A stretch of 64,000 nt of DNA from contig JAWCKK010000006.1 of NCBI GenBank assembly GCA_038852105.1, positions 16,072 through 80,071 on the forward strand. The letters are read 5' to 3'. The translations under genes were made by a program, and so were the position numbers. Shown here piece after piece: positions 46,885-56,358 of this stretch (the first letter of the stretch is position 1; each line of letters begins with the position of its first letter). This DNA is from Thermoplasmata archaeon. GTDB taxonomy: Archaea > Thermoplasmatota > Thermoplasmata > UBA10834 > DTMW01. A model generated the notes under the pieces. The model was not told the DNA's origin. It saw only the letters and a program-made list of their open reading frames with translations, and made no database searches.

Positions 46885-49254
46885 TTACCAGCAACGGGAA
46901 TAACCGCAAGACCTGCAGACCACGCATCCCTCGACGTAGTCCACCATCGCGCCGCACTCGGGGCACTCCGGGCATACGTCCCCCTTATCCACGTGGTTCT
47001 GCTTCTGCGCGATCTGCTGTGTAGCGGTCGGCTTGATCTGGGCCTCCTTTCCTTCGATGTATCTTTCGAGGGCCTTGGCAATCGCATCCGGGCAGGACAG
47101 TATCGCCCCGCCTGGTTGCCAGAGAGGCGAGGGGCATCTTATCCCCCGGAGCTGCTTGATGACCATCTTGACGTCTATCCCGGATCTCAGTGCGAGCGAG
47201 ATCAGCCTCGCGAGAGCTTCGGACTGCGATGCCGTGCACCCGCCTGACTTGCCCATCTGTGTGAACAGCTCGCACAGGCCGTTCTCGTCCTCGTTTATCG
47301 TGACGTACAGCTTTCCGCATCCTGTCTCGAGCCTCTGAGTAGTGCCTCTTGTCACGACAGGCCTGGGCCGCGGGGATCTGAGAGTCTCCATTCGTTCCTT
47401 CTTTTCAGCCTGGGATTCCTCTCCTTCGCCTTCCTTCCTGTTCACCTTCCCGATGTTCAGCACCTGTTCGTCCCTGCTGCCGTCGCGATATACCGTCACA
47501 CCCTTGAGTCCGAGTTCGAACGCCATCATGTAGACCTTCCTGACGTCCTCCGGGGTTGCGGTCCTCGGGAAGTTGACCGTCTTGCTGACGGCGTTGTCTG
47601 TATGTTCCTGGAAGGCTGCCTGCATCTTGATATGCCATTCCGGGGTTATGTCGTGCGCAGTGACGAATATCCTCCGCACATCCGCGGGTATCTCCTCTAT
47701 TTCGGCTATCGAGCCCTTCTCTGCGACCTTCTTCATCAATTCGTCGCTGTAGAACCCGCGTTTCCTCGCGACCTCCTCGAAGACGGGGTTGATTTCCGAC
47801 AGCTCGTCCCTGTCCATGACGTTCCTGACGTACGCTATCGCGAACAGCGGTTCGATCCCGCTCGAGCAGCCCGCGATGATGCTGATCGTGCCCGTGGGAG
47901 CGATGGTCGTGACCGTCGCGTTCCTCATCATCGGATATCTCTTCTTCAGGATGCTTCTATGGAAGTTCGGGAAATTTCCGCGCTCCTCGGCGAGCTTCTG
48001 CGAGGCGTTCCTCGCTGTCGTATGTATGAATTTCATCAGGTTCCTGCCGATCTCGAGCGCCTCATCGGAGTCGTACGGGACCTCGAGTCTGAGCAGCATG
48101 TCCGCGAAGCCCATTATTCCCAGGCCGATCTTCCTGTTGGCCTTCGTCATCTCCTCGATTTGCGGCAGCGGGTAGCGGTTCACGTCAATGACGTCATCGA
48201 GGAACCTGACGGCCCAAGTCGTCAAGTCCCTGAGCTTCTCCCAGTCGATGCTCCAGCCATGCTCGTCCTGCCTGAGCATATGTGCCAGGTTTATCGACCC
48301 GAGGTTGCAGGATTCGTACGGAAGAAGGGGTTGCTCGCCACAGGGGTTCGTGCTCTCTATCTGCCCGATATCCGGTGTCGGGTTGTCCCTGTTTATTCTG
48401 TCTATGAATATGATTCCAGGTTCGCCGTTCCTCCAGGCCATGTTCGTTATCATGTCGAAAACGGTGTTCGCATCCAACTGCCTGTCGATCTGCCCGGTCC
48501 TCGGATTGACCAGATCGTATTTCTGCTTCTCCTTCACGGCTCTCATGAACTTGTCCGTGAGGGCGACGCTGATGTTGAAGTTCGTGAGTCGCTTCTGGTC
48601 CTTCTTGGCGGTTATGAACTCCAGAATATCGGGATGATCGACCCGCAATATCCCCATGTTCGCTCCGCGCCTGGTTCCACCCTGCTTGATGGTCTCGGTA
48701 GCCGCGTTGAATACCTCCATGAAGGATATCGGGCCGCTTGACACCCCCTTGGTCGATTGGACCGAATCGTTCGCGGGTCTCAGTCTCGAGAAGGAAAACC
48801 CGGTCCCTCCGCCGCTCTTGTGGATGAGCGCCGTGTACTTGATCGCGTCGAAAATCTCTTCTATCGAATCTCCCACAGGCAAAACGAAGCAGGCCGACAG
48901 CTGTCCGAGCTCTCTGCCCGCGTTCATCAGCGTCGGGCTGTTCGGCACGAAGTCGAGCGAGGAAATCATCGAGTAGAATTTCTGCTCGATTGCCAGAAGT
49001 TCGTCTCCCGAGATGCCATAGTTTTTCTCCGCGCTCGCAATCGTCCTTGCAACCCTTACGAACATCTCCCTCGGGGTCTCTATGACCTTGCCCTTCTCGT
49101 CCTTCTTCAGATACCTCCTTTCTAGCACCTTTATTGCGTTCTTCGTCAAGGTCGGTTCTTTGAACTGGTCGATATATTCCGCGCTGATGGTCCGATCCCC
49201 ATTTTCGGATGAGGCCTCGACCGGATGTTCGTGAGCGTGTCCGTGCGATTGCAT
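46885..49254 (-). CDS. nrdJ: class II (adenosylcobalamin-dependent) ribonucleotide reductase with fused TSCPD and Zn-ribbon domain
   Basis: PNSPTLMNAG, LSACF, TNPCGEQ, CNLGS, TIAPTGTIS, LSCPDA, CPEC..C..CRSCG; no intein; start 49254-49296. Confidence 0.93.
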   Translation of the reverse strand: MQSHGHAHEHPVEASSENGDRTISAEYIDQFKEPTLTKNAIKVLERRYLKKDEKGKVIETPREMFVRVARTIASAEKNYGISGDELLAIEQKFYSMISSLDFVPNSPTLMNAGRELGQLSACFVLPVGDSIEEIFDAIKYTALIHKSGGGTGFSFSRLRPANDSVQSTKGVSSGPISFMEVFNAATETIKQGGTRRGANMGILRVDHPDILEFITAKKDQKRLTNFNISVALTDKFMRAVKEKQKYDLVNPRTGQIDRQLDANTVFDMITNMAWRNGEPGIIFIDRINRDNPTPDIGQIESTNPCGEQPLLPYESCNLGSINLAHMLRQDEHGWSIDWEKLRDLTTWAVRFLDDVIDVNRYPLPQIEEMTKANRKIGLGIMGFADMLLRLEVPYDSDEALEIGRNLMKFIHTTARNASQKLAEERGNFPNFHRSILKKRYPMMRNATVTTIAPTGTISIIAGCSSGIEPLFAIAYVRNVMDRDELSEINPVFEEVARKRGFYSDELMKKVAEKGSIAEIEEIPADVRRIFVTAHDITPEWHIKMQAAFQEHTDNAVSKTVNFPRTATPEDVRKVYMMAFELGLKGVTVYRDGSRDEQVLNIGKVNRKEGEGEESQAEKKERMETLRSPRPRPVVTRGTTQRLETGCGKLYVTINEDENGLCELFTQMGKSGGCTASQSEALARLISLALRSGIDVKMVIKQLRGIRCPSPLWQPGGAILSCPDAIAKALERYIEGKEAQIKPTATQQIAQKQNHVDKGDVCPECPECGAMVDYVEGCVVCRSCGYSRCW

Positions 49255-49650
49255 CTTGCGCATCCCCCGATACTCGTCCCATATCTCATATATCAATATT
49301 CGTTTGTGGTGGGCTCCGCCACGCGATATTTCTTTGTATCTGGCTTCTTTTCTTTCTAGGGATGGTTCGCCCCAAATAAAGCAGGGCTAGTTGTCCGAGT
49401 GCCATCCCAACATTTTTTATGCGCGATTGCGGTGGCTTTCGTAAACGACTTTTGCAAATAAAGCAATTTCTGGGATATGATCTGATAACAATCAACCCTC
49501 CGATTTCACCGATTTTATCTAATGCTTTATCAGCTATATTATCAAATGCAATTTGATTGCATATAATCCTTATCACCAGATTGCTGAAATACGGAAATAT
49601 TTAATTGGCTGTTTCACTTCTTTGTCATATCGGACAAACCTACTATTCAG

Positions 49651-49908
49651 GTGGAAACAGGAATGAAGATCAGGTTGAAGCTATTCGCATCCTTCAGACA
49701 GATATTCAACGCGAGCGAAATAGAGTTCGAGCTTCCCGAAGGCGCGACCGCTCAAGACCTGCTGGATGATTTGTTTCTCAAGTATCCGGATTTGCGAAGG
49801 TTCAAGGGGCATGTCGTCGTAACGATTAACCGTCAGGCATCGCCATTGACTGCTGGCATAAGTGACGGCGATGAAGTCGCCATCCTGCCACCGGTGAGCG
49901 GTGGCTAG
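49651..49908 (+). CDS. MoaD/ThiS-like small archaeal modifier protein (SAMP)
   Basis: LFASFR, GDEVAILPPVSGG with C-terminal diglycine. Confidence 0.9.
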   Translation: METGMKIRLKLFASFRQIFNASEIEFELPEGATAQDLLDDLFLKYPDLRRFKGHVVVTINRQASPLTAGISDGDEVAILPPVSGG

Positions 49909-50330
49909 GATAGCAATACCTTTCTCAATGCTTTGCCGTCCTCGCAGCTGACATCTCCCAGCACACTGGTCACGCGATATTTCGTCCCAGGGCTGATTCC
50001 AACAGGATTGCAAAGCCTGTAGTTGGTGCACGAGAATGTGCCACATCTTCTGGGCTCGAACGCGATGACCGTGCCTTCTATTGCGGATTTGCTCGGTATT
50101 GAGGCGGGTATGCCGACCGGTTCGGCCTCGACCACCCTGACTCCGTTCTCGTGGATTTTGCAATCGTGGTGTATGCTCCTCACATTAGCTATCCTATACC
50201 ATTTCCCGGCATCCAGATTGAAGCAGATGGTCTTCAGCTTGCAGTCCCTGCACTCCGAAATGGGTCCGTTGTATGCAAAGGTCTCGCCTTTCTTGGCCTG
50301 CAATTCCCCGACAAGTGTAATGACAACCAT
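49905..50330 (-). CDS. UPF0179 family protein
   Basis: ITLVG..LA..G..F.Y.G...EC..C.LK..C, C..H, Cys-rich C-terminus. Confidence 0.85.
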   Translation of the reverse strand: MVVITLVGELQAKKGETFAYNGPISECRDCKLKTICFNLDAGKWYRIANVRSIHHDCKIHENGVRVVEAEPVGIPASIPSKSAIEGTVIAFEPRRCGTFSCTNYRLCNPVGISPGTKYRVTSVLGDVSCEDGKALRKVLLS

Positions 50331-50348
50331 ATCTCGTGCCCCCTCCAA

Positions 50349-51416
50349 TCAGCTTATCACTCCCGTTATCTTCGCAAGTCGTTCCGCGGCTTCGTGCGTC
50401 AGACCCCTGTCTCCGAGCACGGTGTATCTGTCCTGCCTTATCTCGTGCGCCCTGCACAATGCCTGGATGATCAGTTCCCTCTCTATCCCCAGCTGCTCGC
50501 CGGTTACGGGCGCCCCTATCGTCGAAAGCGAGTCGCGGATCCTCTGCCAGTCACCGCCGTGAAGATACATCATCATTATCGAGCCGACACCGCACTGCTC
50601 TCCGTGCAACGCCTTTTTCGGCGCGAGCGTGTCAAGCATGTGCGAGAACAAGTGTTCGGCTCCGCTGGTCGGCCTCGAGCTGCCCGCTATCGCCATGGCG
50701 ATGCCCGAGATTATTATCGGTTTTATCGCAGTCCAGATGCTCTCCTCCAAATTCGGCTTGATAGTGGATGCATTCGAGATTATCGACTCAGCAGCATAAT
50801 CTGATATCGTCGCGGCGCTCGTGCTGAACACCTCGCCCCTGAGCCTCTGCGCGAGCTTCCAGTCGAGCAATGCGCTCTTGTTGCTGATGACGTCCGCGCA
50901 TCCCGACGCGAGCAACCTGAACGGGGCCTTCACGATGATTTTCGTATCTACTATTATCGCCAATGGCACCTTCGCCTCGACCGATACCGAGTTTCCGAAT
51001 CCGTGAATTGAGGCTCTCGGGCTCGCGATTCCGTCGTGAGAGGCGCTCGTCGGGATGCTGATGTATGGGATGCGCAGCTCGGTCGCGGCCATTTTCGCGA
51101 TATCGATCTTGTTTCCTCCTCCGACGCCGAGCAGGAACCTCGCCTTAGTCTCCTTCGCCAGCCGCACTACCTGCCCCACGTTTTCCTGGGTCGCCTCGCC
51201 AACCTGTATTGTCTGAATCTCGTATCCGGCGCCCACCATGATGTCAGAGACAGGCTTGCCGGCGAGCGCAGCAGTCGTCGTGCCAGTCACCATCAGTGCC
51301 GGCGATTTCAATTCGAACTCCTTGCACACATCTCCGAGCTGTGGCAGAACGTCGTGTCCTGCCAGAATCTTCCTGGGAAGACTTATCGACCTCGATTTTG
51401 TGAAAAGGTCATCCAT
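50349..51416 (-). CDS. egsA: sn-glycerol-1-phosphate dehydrogenase
   Basis: GVGGG..ID, PTSASHDGIASP, SSRPTSGAEHLFSH, LHGEQCG. Confidence 0.96.
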   Translation of the reverse strand: MDDLFTKSRSISLPRKILAGHDVLPQLGDVCKEFELKSPALMVTGTTTAALAGKPVSDIMVGAGYEIQTIQVGEATQENVGQVVRLAKETKARFLLGVGGGNKIDIAKMAATELRIPYISIPTSASHDGIASPRASIHGFGNSVSVEAKVPLAIIVDTKIIVKAPFRLLASGCADVISNKSALLDWKLAQRLRGEVFSTSAATISDYAAESIISNASTIKPNLEESIWTAIKPIIISGIAMAIAGSSRPTSGAEHLFSHMLDTLAPKKALHGEQCGVGSIMMMYLHGGDWQRIRDSLSTIGAPVTGEQLGIERELIIQALCRAHEIRQDRYTVLGDRGLTHEAAERLAKITGVIS

Positions 51417-51472
51417 GTTCCGCGCACCTCTCAGGCCCGGGAGTGCAGGTATTGCATAGCTTCCCGGACAAA

Positions 51473-51835
51473 TCAGCTCTTCGATAGTTTCTCCAAGTAT
51501 TCCACAAGCTCGTCCATCCTGAACGGCTTTGGCAGGAAACCTCTCGCCCCGTTCTTGAGCGCGTCCTTCTCTATCATGATGTCGGCGCTGACGAACAGGA
51601 TTTTCGCGTCCCTGTTGAGCGCAAGGATTTCGCCCATCGTTTCTATTCCGTCCTTGTTCGGCATCCTGTGGTCGAGTATGATCACATCGGGCTTCTCGCT
51701 CATCGTCTTGTATTTCTGGACGGCCTCATCGCCGTCGTACGCCGTCGCCGTGACCTGATAGCCCTTGAGTCTCAGTATATCCCTGTAGAGATCGACTATG
51801 AACACCTCATCGTCGACCACCATGACCGAAGTCAT
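51473..51835 (-). CDS. single-domain response regulator
   Basis: VMVVDDE, PDVIILDHRMP, FVSAD, KPF. Confidence 0.93.
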   Translation of the reverse strand: MTSVMVVDDEVFIVDLYRDILRLKGYQVTATAYDGDEAVQKYKTMSEKPDVIILDHRMPNKDGIETMGEILALNRDAKILFVSADIMIEKDALKNGARGFLPKPFRMDELVEYLEKLSKS

Positions 51836-52578
51836 CGCATTACCGCCTCTGGCAGCCTGATGGTTAGTTTCGTGCTGTCCGACTGGTCTCCGGGCATCCT
51901 GTCCGAGATAATCAGCCTGCCGCCGAATCTCTTCGCTGCCGCCCTTACCAGTAGGAGGCCCATACCGCGCATCATATTAGTCTTTTCGTCCGACTCGGTC
52001 TCTTCCGTCAGGGCGATTTTCATCGGTTCCAGTGTTCCAAGCCCTCTGCCCTCGACGACGATGTCCACCATCCCTGGCGCGACCGCCGGGCGCTCAACGG
52101 AGATGTCAATCACAACCTCGTCGGACGTATCGAGCCTGACGGCGTTCGAGAGCATGTGCACGAGGACATCTCTGAGGGCCTCAGTCGCCCTGACATGCAC
52201 GCTGTCGCTAACGCCCTTGAGATTCATCCTGAGCTTCCGGTCTGCGAACTGCGCTCTCAGCTCCTCGAGTACCTCACTGATGACCTTCCTGAGGTCGAGG
52301 AGTTCGAACGCCGATTCGTCCACGATTCCGAGGCGCACGATCTTCTTTACATCGTCTATCATCTGCGAACTGTTCCTTATCTGGCCTATTGCAGACGAAA
52401 GGTATCGCTTCAAGTCATCGCCAATGGCAGGGTCGCTCCTGATTATCTCGAGATATCCGAGGACTGCCTGGTTGAAGTTCAAGACCTCGTGGCTCATGAG
52501 GTCTAGATAGAAGAGGCATTCGGAACTCGTCTCGGCATCTCTCGGAATCTTGTTGACGGCTTCGTTCGCCATTTGCAT
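51832..52578 (-). CDS. sensor-less histidine kinase-like protein with degenerate ATP lid
   Basis: H-box LMSHEVLN, N-box HMLSNAV, G1 VEGRGLG (Asp missing), G2 RGMGL; ATGA-coupled to the receiver gene. Confidence 0.78.
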   Translation of the reverse strand: MQMANEAVNKIPRDAETSSECLFYLDLMSHEVLNFNQAVLGYLEIIRSDPAIGDDLKRYLSSAIGQIRNSSQMIDDVKKIVRLGIVDESAFELLDLRKVISEVLEELRAQFADRKLRMNLKGVSDSVHVRATEALRDVLVHMLSNAVRLDTSDEVVIDISVERPAVAPGMVDIVVEGRGLGTLEPMKIALTEETESDEKTNMMRGMGLLLVRAAAKRFGGRLIISDRMPGDQSDSTKLTIRLPEAVMR

Positions 52579-52658
52579 TTCCCGCCGACGCTCGCTATGT
52601 TTATGACGGACTGAATATTTAAATCATGATTTGAGCTCTTCGTTCTCTGGAGGTCGGG

Positions 52659-53447
52659 TCATAGGGCAAAATCGTCTAGGCTTGCGACCCCCTTTTTCTG
52701 CTGCGCTTCGAGATTCTCAGCTTTTTGAGCAGGGATTTCAGGTATCTCCTTGATGGAATGTTCCTCATCCAGGGCCAGGAGCCTCTTTCCCGAATCGGGC
52801 AATCCGCCCCAGAAATGTTCGAATTCCTTCTTTTCCGGAACCAGGGGGATCCTCTGCCTCTTTCCGATATACGGCTGACCATTGACGAGTATTGCGACCG
52901 AGCGGTCGTCGAATATCGCAACGGTCGTTCCTGGCGGATTTCTGCCGGCTTCGGCTCTCAGAACCATATCGACAAGGTCGTTCTCGAAGGACGCCCTGGC
53001 AAGTGAGAGCCTAAGGTTGCCATAACGCGTGAACCTGATGAATCTTACCGCCCTATTGTATTCAGCCAGGACCCTCTTGACCCTGAACCTCATCTCCCGA
53101 GCCTCAGGGAGGCTCTCCGACAAGTATTCCTTGCTGCCCTTTTCGTGCATCAGCCCTAGCACTCTCATCATCAATGCGGGGGTGTCAATCGCCTTGAACC
53201 TGAGTCCCCAGAATATATCGTTGCTGATTATCTCGTATAGCTTCCTGTCCTCTACGAAGTCGAGTTTCCCGAACCTCTCGCGGAAGTCCCGGTACGTGTC
53301 ATCGAAGTTCATCTGTCGGGCGTCCATGACCTCGTCGAAATAATATCGCTTCTCGCGGTCGAACAGAGCCGGCTTCGCTCCTCTCAGCTTCGTAAGCATA
53401 TAGGCGATGACCGCGGAGCGGGGCTCGAGACCAAAAACCACAATCAT
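52659..53447 (-). CDS. divergent DUF4130-like (TIGR03915-related) protein
   Basis: KRVLAEYNRAVRFIRF, ASFENDLV, VAIFDDR and FEHFW resemble DUF4130 motifs. Confidence 0.55.
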   Translation of the reverse strand: MIVVFGLEPRSAVIAYMLTKLRGAKPALFDREKRYYFDEVMDARQMNFDDTYRDFRERFGKLDFVEDRKLYEIISNDIFWGLRFKAIDTPALMMRVLGLMHEKGSKEYLSESLPEAREMRFRVKRVLAEYNRAVRFIRFTRYGNLRLSLARASFENDLVDMVLRAEAGRNPPGTTVAIFDDRSVAILVNGQPYIGKRQRIPLVPEKKEFEHFWGGLPDSGKRLLALDEEHSIKEIPEIPAQKAENLEAQQKKGVASLDDFAL

Positions 53448-53514
53448 GTGTCGTGCGCAATCCAGGAGGATATTATATATAGTTTTCGAATTATATTACG
53501 CGCCTGGAAGTCGA

Positions 53515-55281
53515 ATGAAACCGAGAAAGGAGCGCAAGAAGGAGAACCCGGTCGGTCAGGAGCATTTCGAGCGCGCATTGAGGCTTTGGGACGAAGGAAA
53601 GATAGAGGATGCGCTCGCGGAGTTCAAGAGCGCAGTGGAGAGCGGTCTCAGGAATGATTCGATTGAAAACGACATCGGCGCATGTCTAGAAAGGCTCGGC
53701 CTCGTGGAAGAGGCGAGGAAGCATTATTCGGAAGCGATCAAGCTGAACCCCTACAACTTCTTCGCGCTGAAGAACCTGGGACTATCGCTCCTGATAGACG
53801 ATCAATTCCAGCAGGTCGAGGATTATCTCAGGAAATGCTTCGCGCTCGACTCGAGCGACAACGAGGTCAGAATAGCCCTCGCGAGAGCCGAGCTCGCGCT
53901 AGGCAAGCCAGAGAAAGCGATCAGACTTGTGAAGCCAGTTGTGTCCCGCTCGAAATCCTCGGAAGAGGTCATCGGCGCCCTGCAAGTGCTCCTCGATGCG
54001 GGCGCCTACGTCGAGCTGTTCAACCTCAGGGATGAGCTGCCAAAAGAAATGCTCTCCAACAGGGAGGCGCTCAGGGTGCTCGGCGAGGCATGCTTCGAAC
54101 TCGGCTTCGGAGAAGAATCAGTGACCTATTTCAGGAAACTAGTCGAGACGGACCCAGACCCCGTCTCGAAGAGCTGGCTCGGCCTCGCGCTCATGTCGTC
54201 AGGAAAAGAGGAAGAGGGATTGAAAGTACTCAGGGAGGCCGATGCCGAGGGCGGAAACGATCCGCAGGTGCTCCAGAACATAGCGTTCGCGTTTCACGGG
54301 TCTGATAGGCTCGAAGAGGTCCTGGACGTATACAGGCGGGCCACGGAGATAGTTCCTGACGATTGGGTGCTTTGGAACAACTGGGGCAACGCGCTTTACA
54401 ATCTCGGCAGATACAAGGAGTCCCTACCGAAGTTCGTCACGGCACTCGAGAAAAACCCCGATTACGAAATCGCATGGAACAACATCGGGAACGCGCTCGA
54501 GAAGATGGGTCTGCACGAGGAGTCCCTGCCGTATCATCTGAGGGCCATAGAGATAGACGACGCTTTCGCGTACGCGCACTACGCTGCAGGGGTAGCCTAT
54601 GACGCGATCGGAGAAGCGAAGCTGGCTGAGGCGGAGCTGAGGAAGACGATAGAGCTCCGCCCGACATTCTCGGAAATCTGGGTCATGAGGGCGAAAATGA
54701 AGCTCCTGACAGCCCCAGAGGAAGCGTTGGCGCTGGCAGAGAAGGCTGTGGAAGTTGACCCGGGCTCAGTCGAGGCGAACATACTCCTGGGAATCGCCAA
54801 GTCTCTCGTCGGCATGAATGAGGAGGCTGAGCTCGTCCTGCGGCGAGCGAAAGATCTGGCAAGAGAGCAGAAAGACGACAAAGCTGCCGAGTTCATAGAC
54901 GAGCTGTTGGAGAAAGGCCCGATGCAACTGTCTCGTCTCAGGGAGATGCTCGATTTGAAGCTGATAAGCGAGGAGGAGAGGCTCGAGATTCTTTCGGACG
55001 AGCTGGACGACAGCGCCTACTGGTACAAGCTCGGCACGGATCTTCTGTCGCGCAAGAAGCGCGCCAAGGCTCTGGATGCGTTCAGGATTTCCTGGGAGAT
55101 GGACCCGCATTCCTCCGCCGCCCTCGCAATGCTATTGAAATACGAGACCGATGCGCGGCGGCTGAAGGAACACATCGAGGAATCAAACAGGCTGAGAAAA
55201 TCGAACCTATCGACGCCCGAGCTCGATCGAGCAGTCGAGGTCGCCGAGAAGAGACTGAAGAAACTCGGCAGAGGGAAATAG
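53515..55281 (+). CDS. tetratricopeptide repeat protein
   Basis: Multiple TPRs (WNNWGNALYNLG, AWNNIGNALEKMG, YWYKLG); ATG 53515. Confidence 0.9.
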   Translation: MKPRKERKKENPVGQEHFERALRLWDEGKIEDALAEFKSAVESGLRNDSIENDIGACLERLGLVEEARKHYSEAIKLNPYNFFALKNLGLSLLIDDQFQQVEDYLRKCFALDSSDNEVRIALARAELALGKPEKAIRLVKPVVSRSKSSEEVIGALQVLLDAGAYVELFNLRDELPKEMLSNREALRVLGEACFELGFGEESVTYFRKLVETDPDPVSKSWLGLALMSSGKEEEGLKVLREADAEGGNDPQVLQNIAFAFHGSDRLEEVLDVYRRATEIVPDDWVLWNNWGNALYNLGRYKESLPKFVTALEKNPDYEIAWNNIGNALEKMGLHEESLPYHLRAIEIDDAFAYAHYAAGVAYDAIGEAKLAEAELRKTIELRPTFSEIWVMRAKMKLLTAPEEALALAEKAVEVDPGSVEANILLGIAKSLVGMNEEAELVLRRAKDLAREQKDDKAAEFIDELLEKGPMQLSRLREMLDLKLISEEERLEILSDELDDSAYWYKLGTDLLSRKKRAKALDAFRISWEMDPHSSAALAMLLKYETDARRLKEHIEESNRLRKSNLSTPELDRAVEVAEKRLKKLGRGK

Positions 55282-55329
55282 GCGCAACGAGCAGGAAAGC
55301 ATGTTTCCGACACCGGGAAAGGTTGCGAT

Positions 55330-55818
55330 ATGCCAGGAACGAGGTTCAAGAATAGGCACAGGCTGAGCAGAAAGGAGGCTCGCTCTCTCCAGGAGCAGTT
55401 CATCGGATCCCTGGGTTTTTCGCCGGTGCTGTCCGAAGATTCTCTGGATGTGGCAGAGACGGAAAAGCACTCGGTGGTTCTTGAGGGGAACACCGTCGTT
55501 GGGTTCTTCAAGAACGACAGGCTGTTCCCGACAGTGAGATGCCTGTTGAGGGCACCGCCGGACAAGAGATATGTCACGGTTGATATGGGCGCAGTCAAGT
55601 TCGTCGCTAGCGGTGCCGATGTCATGGCGCCTGGGATAGTCGATGCCGACAGGATGATAAGGGAGGGAGACACCGTCTGGGTGAGGGATGAAAGAAATGG
55701 ACGGCCGATAGCTGTAGGGATAGCCCTTCGGTCGGGGGATGAGATGCTCGCGGACAAGAAAGGCAAGGCGGTCAAGAACGTGCATCACGCGGGAGACGAC
55801 ATCTGGGACATCGGCTGA
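55330..55818 (+). CDS. pre-PUA/PUA RNA-binding protein (DUF1947/MCT-1-like)
   Basis: RHRLSRKE, FPTV, VDMGAVKFVASGADVMAPGI, KGKAV..HHAGDDIW. Confidence 0.9.
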   Translation: MPGTRFKNRHRLSRKEARSLQEQFIGSLGFSPVLSEDSLDVAETEKHSVVLEGNTVVGFFKNDRLFPTVRCLLRAPPDKRYVTVDMGAVKFVASGADVMAPGIVDADRMIREGDTVWVRDERNGRPIAVGIALRSGDEMLADKKGKAVKNVHHAGDDIWDIG

Positions 55819-55907
55819 TGTCATGCGAGATTGCTCTCTACTGCGATATCCAGCATTAGGTAACATTTATATTTGCGGACTATGATTACAAAACCAGAGG
55901 GATAGGG

Positions 55908-56291
55908 ATGACTATTATCAAGCGCAAACCTTTCACGCCGAAGACCGAGAAAGATGATGCCGTCGTCGAGACGGAGTCGTACATAGATCTCAGCGATATG
56001 ACATTCGAAGACGAGGCCGCAGCGGACGCTCAGATGCTTGTCAGGGTCGGCGAGATATACAGATACGAGGATTTGGGGGCCATAACGAGCCACGTGTACA
56101 ACGGCCACATCGTTCTCCTCGACATCACGTCGATCGCGAACGACGATCTGACCATGAAGCGCGTTAGCGCGGAGCTCAGGAACATCGTAAGGGACGTGAA
56201 CGGCGACGTTGCGGGGGTAGGAAAGAACCTCTTGATGATAACGCCTACCGGTGTGAGGATAGATAGGAACAAGATACGAGGCGGATTCTGA
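55908..56291 (+). CDS. sepF: cell division protein SepF
   Basis: YIDL, VYNGHIVLLD, GDVAG, ITPTGVRIDR; PUA-sepF adjacency typical of euryarchaea. Confidence 0.9.
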   Translation: MTIIKRKPFTPKTEKDDAVVETESYIDLSDMTFEDEAAADAQMLVRVGEIYRYEDLGAITSHVYNGHIVLLDITSIANDDLTMKRVSAELRNIVRDVNGDVAGVGKNLLMITPTGVRIDRNKIRGGF

Positions 56292-56358
56292 GGTTTTGGC
56301 ATCGCTCTCGCACCGTTCTCCACAGAGGGTTTTGCTCAGCGTCAGCTTTCTCAGGAAA

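Noticed and set aside
46885-49296. Intein in RNR (also checked lonB, hel308 and the KaiC-like genes)
   Set aside because: Lengths are normal, motifs are contiguous, and no C...HN/C splice junction or LAGLIDADG block is visible.
49297-49650. Cobalamin riboswitch upstream of nrdJ
   Set aside because: The region is AT-rich with only a short hairpin (~49306-49322); no B12-box consensus is recognisable.
49905-51416. egsA TGA in frame with UPF0179 (selenocysteine readthrough/fusion)
   Set aside because: Both proteins are complete, and UPF0179 has its own GGAGGGG SD and ATG at 50330.
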